26,239 nucleotides of DNA, taken from IMG/VR virus record IMGVR_UViG_3300032239_000633, positions 1 to 26,239 of that record. One strand, 5' to 3'. This document shows positions 6,355 through 15,560 of the stretch, in pieces. This DNA comes from a virus. Its lineage: Duplodnaviria; Caudoviricetes. The notes under the pieces are model-generated. The model was not told the DNA's origin. It searched no databases and saw only the letters and a program-made list of their open reading frames with translations. Each line of letters begins with the position of its first letter. Positions within the stretch are counted from its first letter, which is position 1. The position numbers were made by a program, and so were the translations under genes.

Positions 6355-9354
6355 ATGGCAGAATTTAGACTTGGTAGATTAAAATTCAATTGGAGGGGTG
6401 CATGGACCCCAAGCACTGCTTATGTTATTGACGATATTATTACCTTAGGTGGTAATAGTTACGTTTGTACTGTCAACCATACTTCGGCAGCGAGAGAGGA
6501 TTTATGGTACATTACAGACTATAACATTGGAACTCCTAGATGGGCCGTTCATACTGAAGGTATTCGTACAAGAGGTGATTGGGCTGGACTTACGACCTAT
6601 AGTCCTAATGATATCTTTACCTATGGTAATACACAATATCGTGTAACAACACCTCACTTCTCTTCTGCTGTTGGTGTTATCACCTTTGCATATACAACAG
6701 AATATATCTCTGGTGTGAAAGGTGAAGGTGGATTTAGTCCTACTACAACTTATCAAAAAGGTGATATTGTAACTTATAATGGTAGTGCTTATATCGGTGT
6801 TGCAACTAATGCTGGTGTAGTTCCATCTTTGGGTGTTGGAACTGCCTGGAACTTATTGGTTACTGGTATTTCAACCAATGGTATTAGTACTTATACTGTT
6901 TCCTCAAACTATAGATATGGTGATCTTGTAAGTTATGGTGGTGATACCTATCTTGGTATCGGACTTACAATTCCATTTGGTGCGCGTCCTGTCGGATATG
7001 GTACAACAAGTTCTGCAAACTGGCAACTTCTTGTAAGAGGTTTAAGATATGCTGGTACTTGGTCTACTACAACTGAGTATCAAATTGATGATGTTATTTC
7101 TTATGTTGCATCATCTTATGTTTCTGTTGGATCATCTAACTTAGGTAAGCAACCAGGTACAAGTTGGGCAAGTGGCAACTGGTCTTTACTTGCTGATGGT
7201 TCTTCTGCTGCAGTTTTAACGCAGCGTGGTGATTTAATTACCAGAGATGCTGGTTCTCCTCTAAGATTGGGTATTGGATCTACAGGAACTGCCTTACGTT
7301 CAACAGGTTTGGATCCTATTTGGGATTACTATGGCAATGCGGCAAATAATTATTATGTTAATAACTCTGGACAAGACTGGTCTCAATGGGGACAATCTCC
7401 AGAAACTGCTTGGAAAACTCTAGCATATGCTGTAACTCAGGTACAAACTCCATGTGTTATTCACTTACAAGCTGGAACGTATCAAGAACAATTGCCGATT
7501 ACTGTTCCCGCATTCTGTGAGATTAGGGGAGCATCACAAAGAGGTGTATTCATTGAACCTGCAACTGCTGGACTGGCAACAGGAACTATGTTTTATATGT
7601 CTGATGCAACACTTATTAGTGAAGTTACAGTTAGAGGAATGAGTGGTTGGGCGAAGACAACCAGTGATCCAACTGCAATATTAAGGCAAGATTCTGGAAC
7701 AATTACTTGTCCTCCTACTGGTGTATTCTTTAGACTTAACCCTGCAAGTCCTATTACTTGGAAATCACCTTATATTAAGGATAGTACTGGTATTTGTACT
7801 GGTTGTGTTGGTGTTTATGTTGATGGCAGTCTTCACGCCAGTGGAAATAAGAGTATGGTTTTCCACGCATATACTGTTGTTGCTGATTCTGGTGTTGGAT
7901 ATTGGATAGATAACAATGCTAAGGCAGAAGTTGTTTCAGGATTTACTTACTGGGCGGATTATGGATATCTCACTACTAATGGTGGAGTTATCCGTGCCCT
8001 GAATGGCAATAACTCTTATGGAACTTGGGGATCTGTATCTCTTGGATATTCTCAAACAGAAACTCCAAAAACAGGACAGGTTGATGGGGAGCTTTTAGAG
8101 TATCAAACAGGTACATTAGTTGCTGTTGGTACTGGTGTTACTGTTGGTGCTGCTGTTACTGGTGGTACATCAGGTGCTCGTGGTGTTATTATCTATGATA
8201 TCTCATCAACAAATAGAGTTGCATATCGTCCTGTTGGACTAACTACATTTGTTAAAAATGAAGTTATCTATATTGGACCAGATGCACTTGTTTCTGCTGG
8301 TGCAACTGCAAAACTTCTGAATAATGATGACTTTGATAGTGGAATTAAAGGATATCTCATTCCTCTAAAAGGTCTTACTGAACGTCCTCGTGCAAGAGGT
8401 GGACTTCAATTCATTGGTGTTTCTACAAATGGTATCGGCCAAACCACAAGAAGAACTTCAGGTTCTCTTTATGGTGCTGGTGCAGGAACTGGTTCTACAG
8501 TTGCACCAGGTATTGGATCTGATACTTCGGCATATACGATCAGTGATGTTACTTCCTACGTTGTTCCAACATATGGTCTTGCAGGATATGCTGGAACATA
8601 TACTATGGCAGCTCTTGGATCTGCTGGTACTTATCCAAGTGTTGCCGTATCTGCAGGTGGAACAGGATCTGGAGCATATTTAAATATTACTATTGCTGGT
8701 ACAGGATATCCAAGTATAATTTCGATTTCAACTGCAGGAACATATTATACTCAAGGAGAACAAATTACAGTTAATGGAAACCAAATTGGTGGTGTTGCAG
8801 GAACTGCAATTACATTTAGTGCTGATACTCTAAGAGGAACAGCAATCGTTCGTATTGCTTCTGAAAAACCAGCAACAGCTAAAGCATTTGATGGACAACA
8901 AATTCGTATTCGTTATGACTTTAGCCAGATTAGATTGACAGGTCATGATTTCCTTGATATTGGTATTGGGAATAAAGTTTCTTCCAATTATCCAGGTAAA
9001 CCATTAACAACTGCTATTACTGGAAATCAAGTTGTTGAAGGATATCCTGGAAGAGTTTATTATGTAACTACCGACCAAGATGGAAACTTCCGTGTCGGTC
9101 AATACTTTGCAGTCGATCAGGCAACTGGGGCAGCAACTCTGAATGCTTCTGCTTTCAACCTTTCTGGTTTGACATCTCTGAGACTAGGTTCCCTTGGTGG
9201 TCAAATTGGTGAGGCGATCAATGAGTTCTCATCTGATGGAACTCTATCTGGTAATTCTAATACTGCAGTTCCAACAGAGGCAGCAGTGAAAACTTATGTA
9301 GATACTCAGATTACCAAATCTAGATCATTTGCATACTGGGTAGCTACATCGTGA
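6355..9354 (+). CDS. Large virion structural/tail-fibre protein (999 aa)
   Basis: Gly/Thr/Ser-rich. Five N-terminal (W/F)xxxTxYxxxDxV/IxYxG repeats; YYVNNSGQD...AWKTLAYA...LQAGTYQE beta-helix entry motif; C-terminal NEFSSDGTL..NSNTAVPTEAAVKTYVD. Confidence 0.8.
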   Translation: MAEFRLGRLKFNWRGAWTPSTAYVIDDIITLGGNSYVCTVNHTSAAREDLWYITDYNIGTPRWAVHTEGIRTRGDWAGLTTYSPNDIFTYGNTQYRVTTPHFSSAVGVITFAYTTEYISGVKGEGGFSPTTTYQKGDIVTYNGSAYIGVATNAGVVPSLGVGTAWNLLVTGISTNGISTYTVSSNYRYGDLVSYGGDTYLGIGLTIPFGARPVGYGTTSSANWQLLVRGLRYAGTWSTTTEYQIDDVISYVASSYVSVGSSNLGKQPGTSWASGNWSLLADGSSAAVLTQRGDLITRDAGSPLRLGIGSTGTALRSTGLDPIWDYYGNAANNYYVNNSGQDWSQWGQSPETAWKTLAYAVTQVQTPCVIHLQAGTYQEQLPITVPAFCEIRGASQRGVFIEPATAGLATGTMFYMSDATLISEVTVRGMSGWAKTTSDPTAILRQDSGTITCPPTGVFFRLNPASPITWKSPYIKDSTGICTGCVGVYVDGSLHASGNKSMVFHAYTVVADSGVGYWIDNNAKAEVVSGFTYWADYGYLTTNGGVIRALNGNNSYGTWGSVSLGYSQTETPKTGQVDGELLEYQTGTLVAVGTGVTVGAAVTGGTSGARGVIIYDISSTNRVAYRPVGLTTFVKNEVIYIGPDALVSAGATAKLLNNDDFDSGIKGYLIPLKGLTERPRARGGLQFIGVSTNGIGQTTRRTSGSLYGAGAGTGSTVAPGIGSDTSAYTISDVTSYVVPTYGLAGYAGTYTMAALGSAGTYPSVAVSAGGTGSGAYLNITIAGTGYPSIISISTAGTYYTQGEQITVNGNQIGGVAGTAITFSADTLRGTAIVRIASEKPATAKAFDGQQIRIRYDFSQIRLTGHDFLDIGIGNKVSSNYPGKPLTTAITGNQVVEGYPGRVYYVTTDQDGNFRVGQYFAVDQATGAATLNASAFNLSGLTSLRLGSLGGQIGEAINEFSSDGTLSGNSNTAVPTEAAVKTYVDTQITKSRSFAYWVATS

Positions 9355-9358
9355 TGAT

Positions 9359-9366
9359 TATAAATA
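9359..9366 (+). promoter_or_regulatory. T4-type late promoter
   Basis: Exact TATAAATA in an intergenic region. Confidence 0.7.
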
Positions 9367-9407
9367 ACTTTAAATAACATGACCAAAGAAAAATTGGAGA
9401 ATTGTAA

Positions 9408-9725
9408 ATGTCATCAGGAGTTCTAGGCCAAGTTTCGATTGCGGCAACTACAAATACAACATTATATACAGTTCCTGCATCAAACTTAGCATACGCAAAC
9501 GTTAATATTACAAACAGAAATACAACAAACGTTGCTGTTCGAGTTGCTATTACTACTGGTGCAGATCCAACAACTGCCCAGTACATTGAATATGATGTTG
9601 ATGTGGCACCTAATGGTGTTCTAGAAAGAACTGGACTTGTTATGGAAGCAACTAGAAGAGTTGTTGTTTATTCAGATACCGCTAACGTAAGTTGTAGCGT
9701 CTACGGTGTCGAACAACCTGTATAA
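9408..9725 (+). CDS. Small beta-rich virion protein
   Basis: GGAG RBS; TTLYTVP...VNITN...YIEYD domain, also seen twice in 19847-21028. Confidence 0.75.
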   Translation: MSSGVLGQVSIAATTNTTLYTVPASNLAYANVNITNRNTTNVAVRVAITTGADPTTAQYIEYDVDVAPNGVLERTGLVMEATRRVVVYSDTANVSCSVYGVEQPV

Positions 9726-9749
9726 TTATACCAAGGAGATTTAAGTACA

Positions 9750-10085
9750 ATGCCACGCACTATCGCAGGACCAATCGCAACCAGTACATTAGTTGGTATT
9801 ACGACTAATTACAATGCAAACCCCAACGAAACTATTCTTGCAGATACATCTGGGGGACCAATTACTGTTACTATTCCTGCTTCAACTTCTGCAGTAGTGG
9901 GAACAAGAATTTCAATTATTGACCCAAATGGAAAATGGGGTCAGTACAACTGTACGGTTGGAACAACAACCTCAATTACTAGAATTGCTGGTTTGAATGA
10001 AAACCTAACAATGAATATTTCTTACAGATCAATTGAACTTCTATATTCTGGAGCAACTTACGGTTGGGTTCTTACTAGATCTTGA
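9750..10085 (+). CDS. Small tail-fibre/baseplate-type domain protein
   Basis: AAGGAG RBS; ILADTSGGPITVTIP...VGTRISIIDPNGKW...ELLYSGATYGW, similar to the C-terminal domain of 5439-5978. Confidence 0.75.
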   Translation: MPRTIAGPIATSTLVGITTNYNANPNETILADTSGGPITVTIPASTSAVVGTRISIIDPNGKWGQYNCTVGTTTSITRIAGLNENLTMNISYRSIELLYSGATYGWVLTRS

Positions 10086-10119
10086 TGATTAATCCAACTT
10101 ACCAGGGCGAGGATAAAAA

Positions 10120-11271
10120 ATGGCAGATTTAAGATCGCTGATTAAATACGCAGATGATACTACACTGAATCGTGTTGTTGGTTTAACCACTAACTATGGA
10201 TCTCAGTATAGACAGATTCGAATGTATGATTTTTGTCAAGCTGCTCCACAACCTTATACGACTGCATTTCAATGGAGAGCTCCTCAGGGAACTAACTTTG
10301 TTAAAATTGAAATTTGGGGTAGTGGTGGTTCTGGCGCAGGTGCCTGCTGCTGTATGTGGGGATTTCCTGGTGGTGCTGGTGCTTATGCATACAGAAATTT
10401 GTGTGCTAAAGATCTTGGAGATTTGAGTGGATGTCCGTTTGAATTTTGTATTGCAACAGGTGCTTGTTGTGCTAATAATGGTACAGCACCTATGGTTGGT
10501 TATATGGGATGTAAATCCTATGCCACTGGCGTAGGACTTTGTAATTTCTGTGCGGAAGGTGGCGCTCCTGGAATAGTTTTTTGTGCTCTAAGTTATCATT
10601 GTTGCTTCTGCTATAGTGGAGAAGGACAAAATACAATGCACGGAGGTACAATGGACTTCCGTAATGATTACACATTTTGTGGTCCTCAAACTTCTAACTG
10701 TGGATTTTCTTGCTTTGCTCAAGGTGGAGGTATAGGACAGTTTTGGAATGTAAATAATATGGGTAAAAACAAAGCTAACCCATATGCCTGTATGTTTGAT
10801 GGTAAGGCAGGTAGATTTGATACTTGTGGAACTGCAGTTCAATTAGGACATGCCGTTAACCATTGTTATGGTGGTCTTTGTATTGGTACTACTCATTGTG
10901 CTCCTTATTATGGTGCAGATGGTGGTGCATTTGGACTTCCTGGTGCTATTGGATCTCCTTGTAACCAAGATGCTGCTGATTGGTGTATGATTAAGCAGTA
11001 TATCCCATATCCTGGTGGACTAATTAATACTAAAGGTGGATATTGGGCTCGTAGGTATGATAGTATGAACTACGCAGGTGAAAATGCTTATGGTGGTTGG
11101 ATGAGAGCTTCGATGGGATACTGGGGTGGTGGAGATGATGGAAACCACGGCATTCCTGGTGCTGGTGGAAACAGTGCAGGAGCAAGTGGTGGCAACTGCT
11201 ACTGTGGTGGACCTGGATATAATGGATTAGTACAGATCACCTATGGTGGATCTGGACAAGGATACGTTTGA
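10120..11271 (+). CDS. Cys/Gly-rich putative fibre-tip protein, paralogue 1
   Basis: MADLRSL start, EIWGSGGSGAGACCC..GFPGGAGAY, GCKSY..G.GLCNFCAEGG, GLVQITY; 28 Cys in 383 aa (hand count). Confidence 0.75.
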   Translation: MADLRSLIKYADDTTLNRVVGLTTNYGSQYRQIRMYDFCQAAPQPYTTAFQWRAPQGTNFVKIEIWGSGGSGAGACCCMWGFPGGAGAYAYRNLCAKDLGDLSGCPFEFCIATGACCANNGTAPMVGYMGCKSYATGVGLCNFCAEGGAPGIVFCALSYHCCFCYSGEGQNTMHGGTMDFRNDYTFCGPQTSNCGFSCFAQGGGIGQFWNVNNMGKNKANPYACMFDGKAGRFDTCGTAVQLGHAVNHCYGGLCIGTTHCAPYYGADGGAFGLPGAIGSPCNQDAADWCMIKQYIPYPGGLINTKGGYWARRYDSMNYAGENAYGGWMRASMGYWGGGDDGNHGIPGAGGNSAGASGGNCYCGGPGYNGLVQITYGGSGQGYV

Positions 11272-11293
11272 GGAACTTGAGAGGTAAAAACAA

Positions 11294-12286
11294 ATGGCAG
11301 ACTTAAGAAAACTACTCAACACAGAAAACGCAGATTACTTGCAAAGGCAAGCAAGAGCTGGTTATATCAACCCAACCACAAACGTTGATGCCCCACAATC
11401 AACTACTTGGGGCACTGGATGGGGACCCGTTCTTGAAGATGGATATACTCAGTATTTTGTTGGACAATGTAATAATCAAAACTGTGATGCATCTTATTGG
11501 GCTTACTGTGGTGGGTGGTGCGCTCCTCCTGGTGTAACGCAAATCACCTTTGAGATCTGGGGTGGTGGCGGTTCTGGCGCAGGTGCCTGCTGCTGCCAGC
11601 AAGGGTCTCCAGGTGGTGCGGGGGCATATACACGTAAGACTCTCTGTGGATGTGATTTCCCAGGTCAATCTCTGGGTGGTATGTGCTATCTTTGGTTCCT
11701 TGCCCCTCCAACTTGCTGTTCTGCTTGTTGTGTAGGACTTCGTGGATGTAAGACATATATTACAGGATGTGGTCTATCAAACTTCTGTGCCGATGGTGGA
11801 CTTCCTGGCAAAACCTGCTGTGGTGTTTTTTATATTGGTGGCGTTGCACCAACTTATGGACCTTCTTGTTCTTCCTATGCGAATGGTTCGGGAGCAGGAC
11901 TTGGTGGATCAGGATGTTATACATTCCCACCTGATGGTTTTGTTGCTTGTGATTGTGCTTGTGGATATGGTGGAGATTATGCAGTTGGTGGAAAACTAGG
12001 ATGGTTCCGTGTTGACTGTGCTTGTGGCGATAATTGCTATGTAAAACTTGGAATTCCTCAACCTGGTGGTACTAGAGATCAATGCACCAGATACTTCATT
12101 ACTAAGAATATGGGTAATGCTTGCATCAATGAGTGTATTGCATACAATAGTGCTGAATGGCCTGGACATACTTGCTGTGGTTGGGGAATGCACGGACAAG
12201 GATCCCCATCTGCAACCTCTTGTGCTGGATCTTGCTGTTATGGCCAGCGTGGTTCTAGAGGACTAATTCGTATTACCTATAAATAA
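11294..12286 (+). CDS. Cys/Gly-rich putative fibre-tip protein, paralogue 2
   Basis: MADLRKL start, EIWGGGGSGAGACCC..GSPGGAGAY, GCKTY..G.GLSNFCADGG, GLIRITY; 35 Cys in 330 aa (hand count). Confidence 0.75.
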   Translation: MADLRKLLNTENADYLQRQARAGYINPTTNVDAPQSTTWGTGWGPVLEDGYTQYFVGQCNNQNCDASYWAYCGGWCAPPGVTQITFEIWGGGGSGAGACCCQQGSPGGAGAYTRKTLCGCDFPGQSLGGMCYLWFLAPPTCCSACCVGLRGCKTYITGCGLSNFCADGGLPGKTCCGVFYIGGVAPTYGPSCSSYANGSGAGLGGSGCYTFPPDGFVACDCACGYGGDYAVGGKLGWFRVDCACGDNCYVKLGIPQPGGTRDQCTRYFITKNMGNACINECIAYNSAEWPGHTCCGWGMHGQGSPSATSCAGSCCYGQRGSRGLIRITYK

Positions 12287-12308
12287 TTTTTAAGGATAAC
12301 CAAACGAT

Positions 12309-13265
12309 ATGTCAAATTTAAGAAGTCTTTTAGGAACTAAAGATATCAATGTTTCTGGAATTTATTCTGGAGGTATTGGTAGACTTAGACCAGGACAAAC
12401 AACTTATTTTGCTGTTCATGACTGTGGTAGTGATTCAACTGCTGCATCTGCATTTAACTCTCAGTTCTATTGCTGCTGGAGGGTTCCTGGATCACCGACA
12501 GGCACTGGAACCACTGTAGTTACCTTTGAGGTCTGGGGAGGCGGTGGAGGCGGTGCTGGCGCCTGCTGCTGTATGATTGGTGTTCCTGCTGGTGCTGGCG
12601 CCTATGCCCGTAAAACAGTTACTGGGATTGCCTCAGGAACTGCATATGATATTTGTATCGGAACAATCGGATGTAGAACTCCTGATGCTGTTGGTACTAG
12701 GGGATGTAAATCATATGTTACAGGATCTGGTCTATCAAACTTCTGTGCTGATGGTGGTCATGCTGGATGTAGTCTTTGTGCTGCTCAGCATGATTCTAGA
12801 ATCTATCACTTTAAAACATCTTTAGGTGGTGCTGCTTCTGGATGCTGCCAGGGTCTTTATACAGGATGTAATGATATTGTTGGATTCTCAACATTCTCCA
12901 ACTTCTGTGTAGGTTGTTGCGCCCAATACTTTGGTGCCGACTTTGGTGCTTATGGTCTTCCTGGAGCAATTCAACTTTGTGCTTGGGGTACTTGTAGACA
13001 AAAAAATAAACTTTATATTGCTTATCCTGGTGGATTGGTTAACGAACAGGGTGGATATATTAATATTTCAATGTATTGTGATAATAGTTGTGGTTTCCGC
13101 GAACAGTGCTGTGCTGCTACTCTGATTGGGTTTGGGGGTGGTGGCGCACAAGGATATGTTCCTGGAGTAGGCGGAGTTTCAGCTTGGAATTGTGCGGCTA
13201 ATACCTGTTGCTGTGGAAGTGCAGGTTACGCTGGCGCCGCTAGGATAACCGTACAGTGGGTTTGA
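12309..13265 (+). CDS. Cys/Gly-rich putative fibre-tip protein, paralogue 3
   Basis: MSNLRSL start, EVWGGGGGGAGACCC..GVPAGAGAY, GCKSY..GSGLSNFCADGG, GAARITV; 28 Cys in 318 aa (hand count). TATAAATA at 12278-12285 upstream. Confidence 0.75.
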   Translation: MSNLRSLLGTKDINVSGIYSGGIGRLRPGQTTYFAVHDCGSDSTAASAFNSQFYCCWRVPGSPTGTGTTVVTFEVWGGGGGGAGACCCMIGVPAGAGAYARKTVTGIASGTAYDICIGTIGCRTPDAVGTRGCKSYVTGSGLSNFCADGGHAGCSLCAAQHDSRIYHFKTSLGGAASGCCQGLYTGCNDIVGFSTFSNFCVGCCAQYFGADFGAYGLPGAIQLCAWGTCRQKNKLYIAYPGGLVNEQGGYINISMYCDNSCGFREQCCAATLIGFGGGGAQGYVPGVGGVSAWNCAANTCCCGSAGYAGAARITVQWV

Positions 13266-13303
13266 TACAATAAATATAAATTACATAGGAGTGTATTTTA
13301 CTT

Positions 13304-14278
13304 ATGGCTAAAATTCGTAAAAAGTTTACATACAATTTACCAGACGAGTATCTTTCTCAGGAAAGTACTCTTGGATTGAAGGGAGAATGGACCTATGAAG
13401 GACCAGATAAAGTTTGGGTTTTTGTAGATTATCAAACTAATAAAATTCTTACTAGAGAAAGTTTTAGAGCAATTGATGATGAAAATCCAGAAAAACAATA
13501 TGAGGATTTAGAAGTTTACACAGGATTGAATTCTTATCCTGTTTTAATTACTTTTGATGATGATGCTCCGCTGCTTTCTTCTGTAGCACAAACTACACCT
13601 TTAGCATCTGATCTTCCTCAGAAAAAATATAAACTTCCAGGATCGGACGTAGTATTTTATAGTAGACCAAATCCAACTACACCAGATCATACATTTGAAA
13701 TTGCAGATTGTGAGTATGATCCAAACCTGAAGAAGTGGAAAAAACCATATCCATGGAGAATCCCACATATCACTAAAGATCAATTTTTATCAGGATATTC
13801 TGCAGTTGTAGAAGATGCCAAAATGGTGGCGTCTAAAGCAGAAGTATATGAATGGACTGAAGAACAAATTGCCAAATGGGATGCATATACTGTAGAACTC
13901 GAAGGTGTTTTAGAAAAGTATGCCGATTACTTAGATACTCCTTGGATGGTTCCATTCCCAGTTGATCCAAGATTAGATCCTGAATGGAAGGATTTTGTGA
14001 ACGCAGATCCCGATTCGGCAAATCTTCAACCACCTGATCCTGAACCAAAAGTAATTTATCCTGAAGGTGCAGATCCTTATGCAGGAACAGTAAATCTAGA
14101 ATATAATCCTAATGAAACTGATGAAGAAGCAGGTAGATTGCCTGGGGAGATTGATTGGACCAAAGTTACAGATCCATCTGTAGCAGCAACACAGGAAGGA
14201 TATAATCCTAATGCCCGAGATGGTGACGGTGATGGTATCGTTCAAGAAGGAACTCCTTTTGAAAGACCTGCATCATAA
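13304..14278 (+). CDS. Acidic Pro-rich protein, possible tail-fibre assembly chaperone
   Basis: AATAAATA 13269-13276 and AGGAG RBS. W..Y...L......PW.VPFP..P segment is reminiscent of fibre-assembly chaperone C-termini; acidic tail with DGDGDG. Function is inferred. Confidence 0.6.
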   Translation: MAKIRKKFTYNLPDEYLSQESTLGLKGEWTYEGPDKVWVFVDYQTNKILTRESFRAIDDENPEKQYEDLEVYTGLNSYPVLITFDDDAPLLSSVAQTTPLASDLPQKKYKLPGSDVVFYSRPNPTTPDHTFEIADCEYDPNLKKWKKPYPWRIPHITKDQFLSGYSAVVEDAKMVASKAEVYEWTEEQIAKWDAYTVELEGVLEKYADYLDTPWMVPFPVDPRLDPEWKDFVNADPDSANLQPPDPEPKVIYPEGADPYAGTVNLEYNPNETDEEAGRLPGEIDWTKVTDPSVAATQEGYNPNARDGDGDGIVQEGTPFERPAS

Positions 14279-14291
14279 ACAATAAAATAAT

Positions 14292-14320
14292 AAAAAAGGG
14301 GAGTAAATCACTCCCCTTTA
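14292..14320. terminator. Intrinsic (possibly bidirectional) terminator
   Basis: AAAGGGGAGT-AAATC-ACTCCCCTTT inverted repeat, with an A6 run on the left and TTT on the right. Confidence 0.75.
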
Positions 14321-14345
14321 CACTATCTAAATAGTGCGGTATAAT
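14317..14345 (+). promoter_or_regulatory. sigma70-type promoter for the glycan cassette
   Basis: TTTACA (14317-14322), 17-nt spacer, TATAAT (14340-14345); GAGG RBS before ATG 14369. Confidence 0.65.
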
Positions 14346-14368
14346 TAAAGATAATTATCGAGGCGAGT

Positions 14369-15547
14369 ATGAGATCGACTGCGTTTTTCGTAAACGGAGG
14401 GGCGGGGCGTGTAATTTGCTCTATTCCTGCATTTGAAAAATATCAAGAAGAACATCCAGATGATGATTTCATCATTGTCTGTGAAGGTGGAACAGATTTT
14501 TTCAAAGGTCATGCAACTCTATATCCAAGAGTATATGACAATTGGCATAAGAATCTTTTCAGGGAAAAGGTTCAAGAAAGAAATATTGTAACGACAGAAC
14601 CATATCGTATTTGGGAATATTACAATCAAAAGTGTAATCTTTCTCAGGCATTCGATATTCAGATTAATAATAAAGGTATTAGGAGTCTTCCTCGCCCAAG
14701 TTTAAAGTTCTCTCGTCAAGAAATCATTCAAGCAAAGTTTGTAATCGAAGAAGTTCGTCAAAAAACTAAAAGAAATAAACTTGTTGTTTTTCAACCATTT
14801 GGGCGTGGTGCTCAAATGATGGGTAACTTTATTACTGATTCTGGTGGAAGAAGTTTTGAACTTGGCAATGTTATTTCTATTGTGAAGAGACTTCAGAAGA
14901 AAGGTTATGGCGTTATCTTTATGAGTGAATTCTCCATTGACTTCACTAAGGAAGGATGCACTGAACCTATTGCCGCACCTCAAGGTGTTGATTTACGTCA
15001 GTGGGCTGCAATTATTGGTGAAGCAGATCTATTCTTTGGTTGTGATTCTGTAGGACAACATATTGCTTATTCTAAAGAAGTTCCTGCAGTAGTTGTTGTT
15101 GGTTCAACTTGTAAGGAGAACATTAGTTATCCTGATTATGAGAAGTTTGAAGTTCTTGATATGGGAGAAGGTCTAAGAATCTATGATCCCATTCGCATTG
15201 CTATGGATGAAGTTACTCATCGAATTAACGATGGTATCATGGCAATGAATGATAAAGTTGAGGAAGTCATCATTGAATCTATTGATAAAATGATGAAAAA
15301 GTTTTATGTTAAGAAAAACGAATTGGTTGTACTCCCAAGTCAAGATTGTGGTACTGAATCTTGTGGTGCCCCTTCTCAACAAATTTCTCAGGCACCAAAG
15401 ATGATTGGGTCATTGGAGTCTTCTCCAACTATCAATTCTATGCTAGAATCTGCAAAGAAAACAACTGCCATTGGTGAGTTGATTCAATCATCAAAGAATG
15501 GTAGTTCTAAAAAACCAACTGGATTTGTTGATACAATTAAAAAGTAA
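14369..15547 (+). CDS. GT9-like glycosyltransferase (ADP-heptose:heptosyltransferase-like)
   Basis: N-terminal GGAGRVICSIPA (cf. xxGDxxxxxP); VVFQPFG; LRQWAAIIGEADLFFGCDSVGQHIA...PAVVVVGST (GT9 DS..xH motif). About 70-aa low-complexity C-terminal tail. Confidence 0.7.
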   Translation: MRSTAFFVNGGAGRVICSIPAFEKYQEEHPDDDFIIVCEGGTDFFKGHATLYPRVYDNWHKNLFREKVQERNIVTTEPYRIWEYYNQKCNLSQAFDIQINNKGIRSLPRPSLKFSRQEIIQAKFVIEEVRQKTKRNKLVVFQPFGRGAQMMGNFITDSGGRSFELGNVISIVKRLQKKGYGVIFMSEFSIDFTKEGCTEPIAAPQGVDLRQWAAIIGEADLFFGCDSVGQHIAYSKEVPAVVVVGSTCKENISYPDYEKFEVLDMGEGLRIYDPIRIAMDEVTHRINDGIMAMNDKVEEVIIESIDKMMKKFYVKKNELVVLPSQDCGTESCGAPSQQISQAPKMIGSLESSPTINSMLESAKKTTAIGELIQSSKNGSSKKPTGFVDTIKK

Positions 15548-15560
15548 TTAGAGATTTTAT

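Noticed and set aside
10120-13265. Cys-rich genes as RiPP precursors, ferredoxins, cytochromes c or DGR targets
   Set aside because: Too long for RiPP precursors. No CxxCH or repeated CxxCxxC ferredoxin pattern, and no radical SAM enzyme, reverse transcriptase or adenine-specific TR/VR pair in the window.
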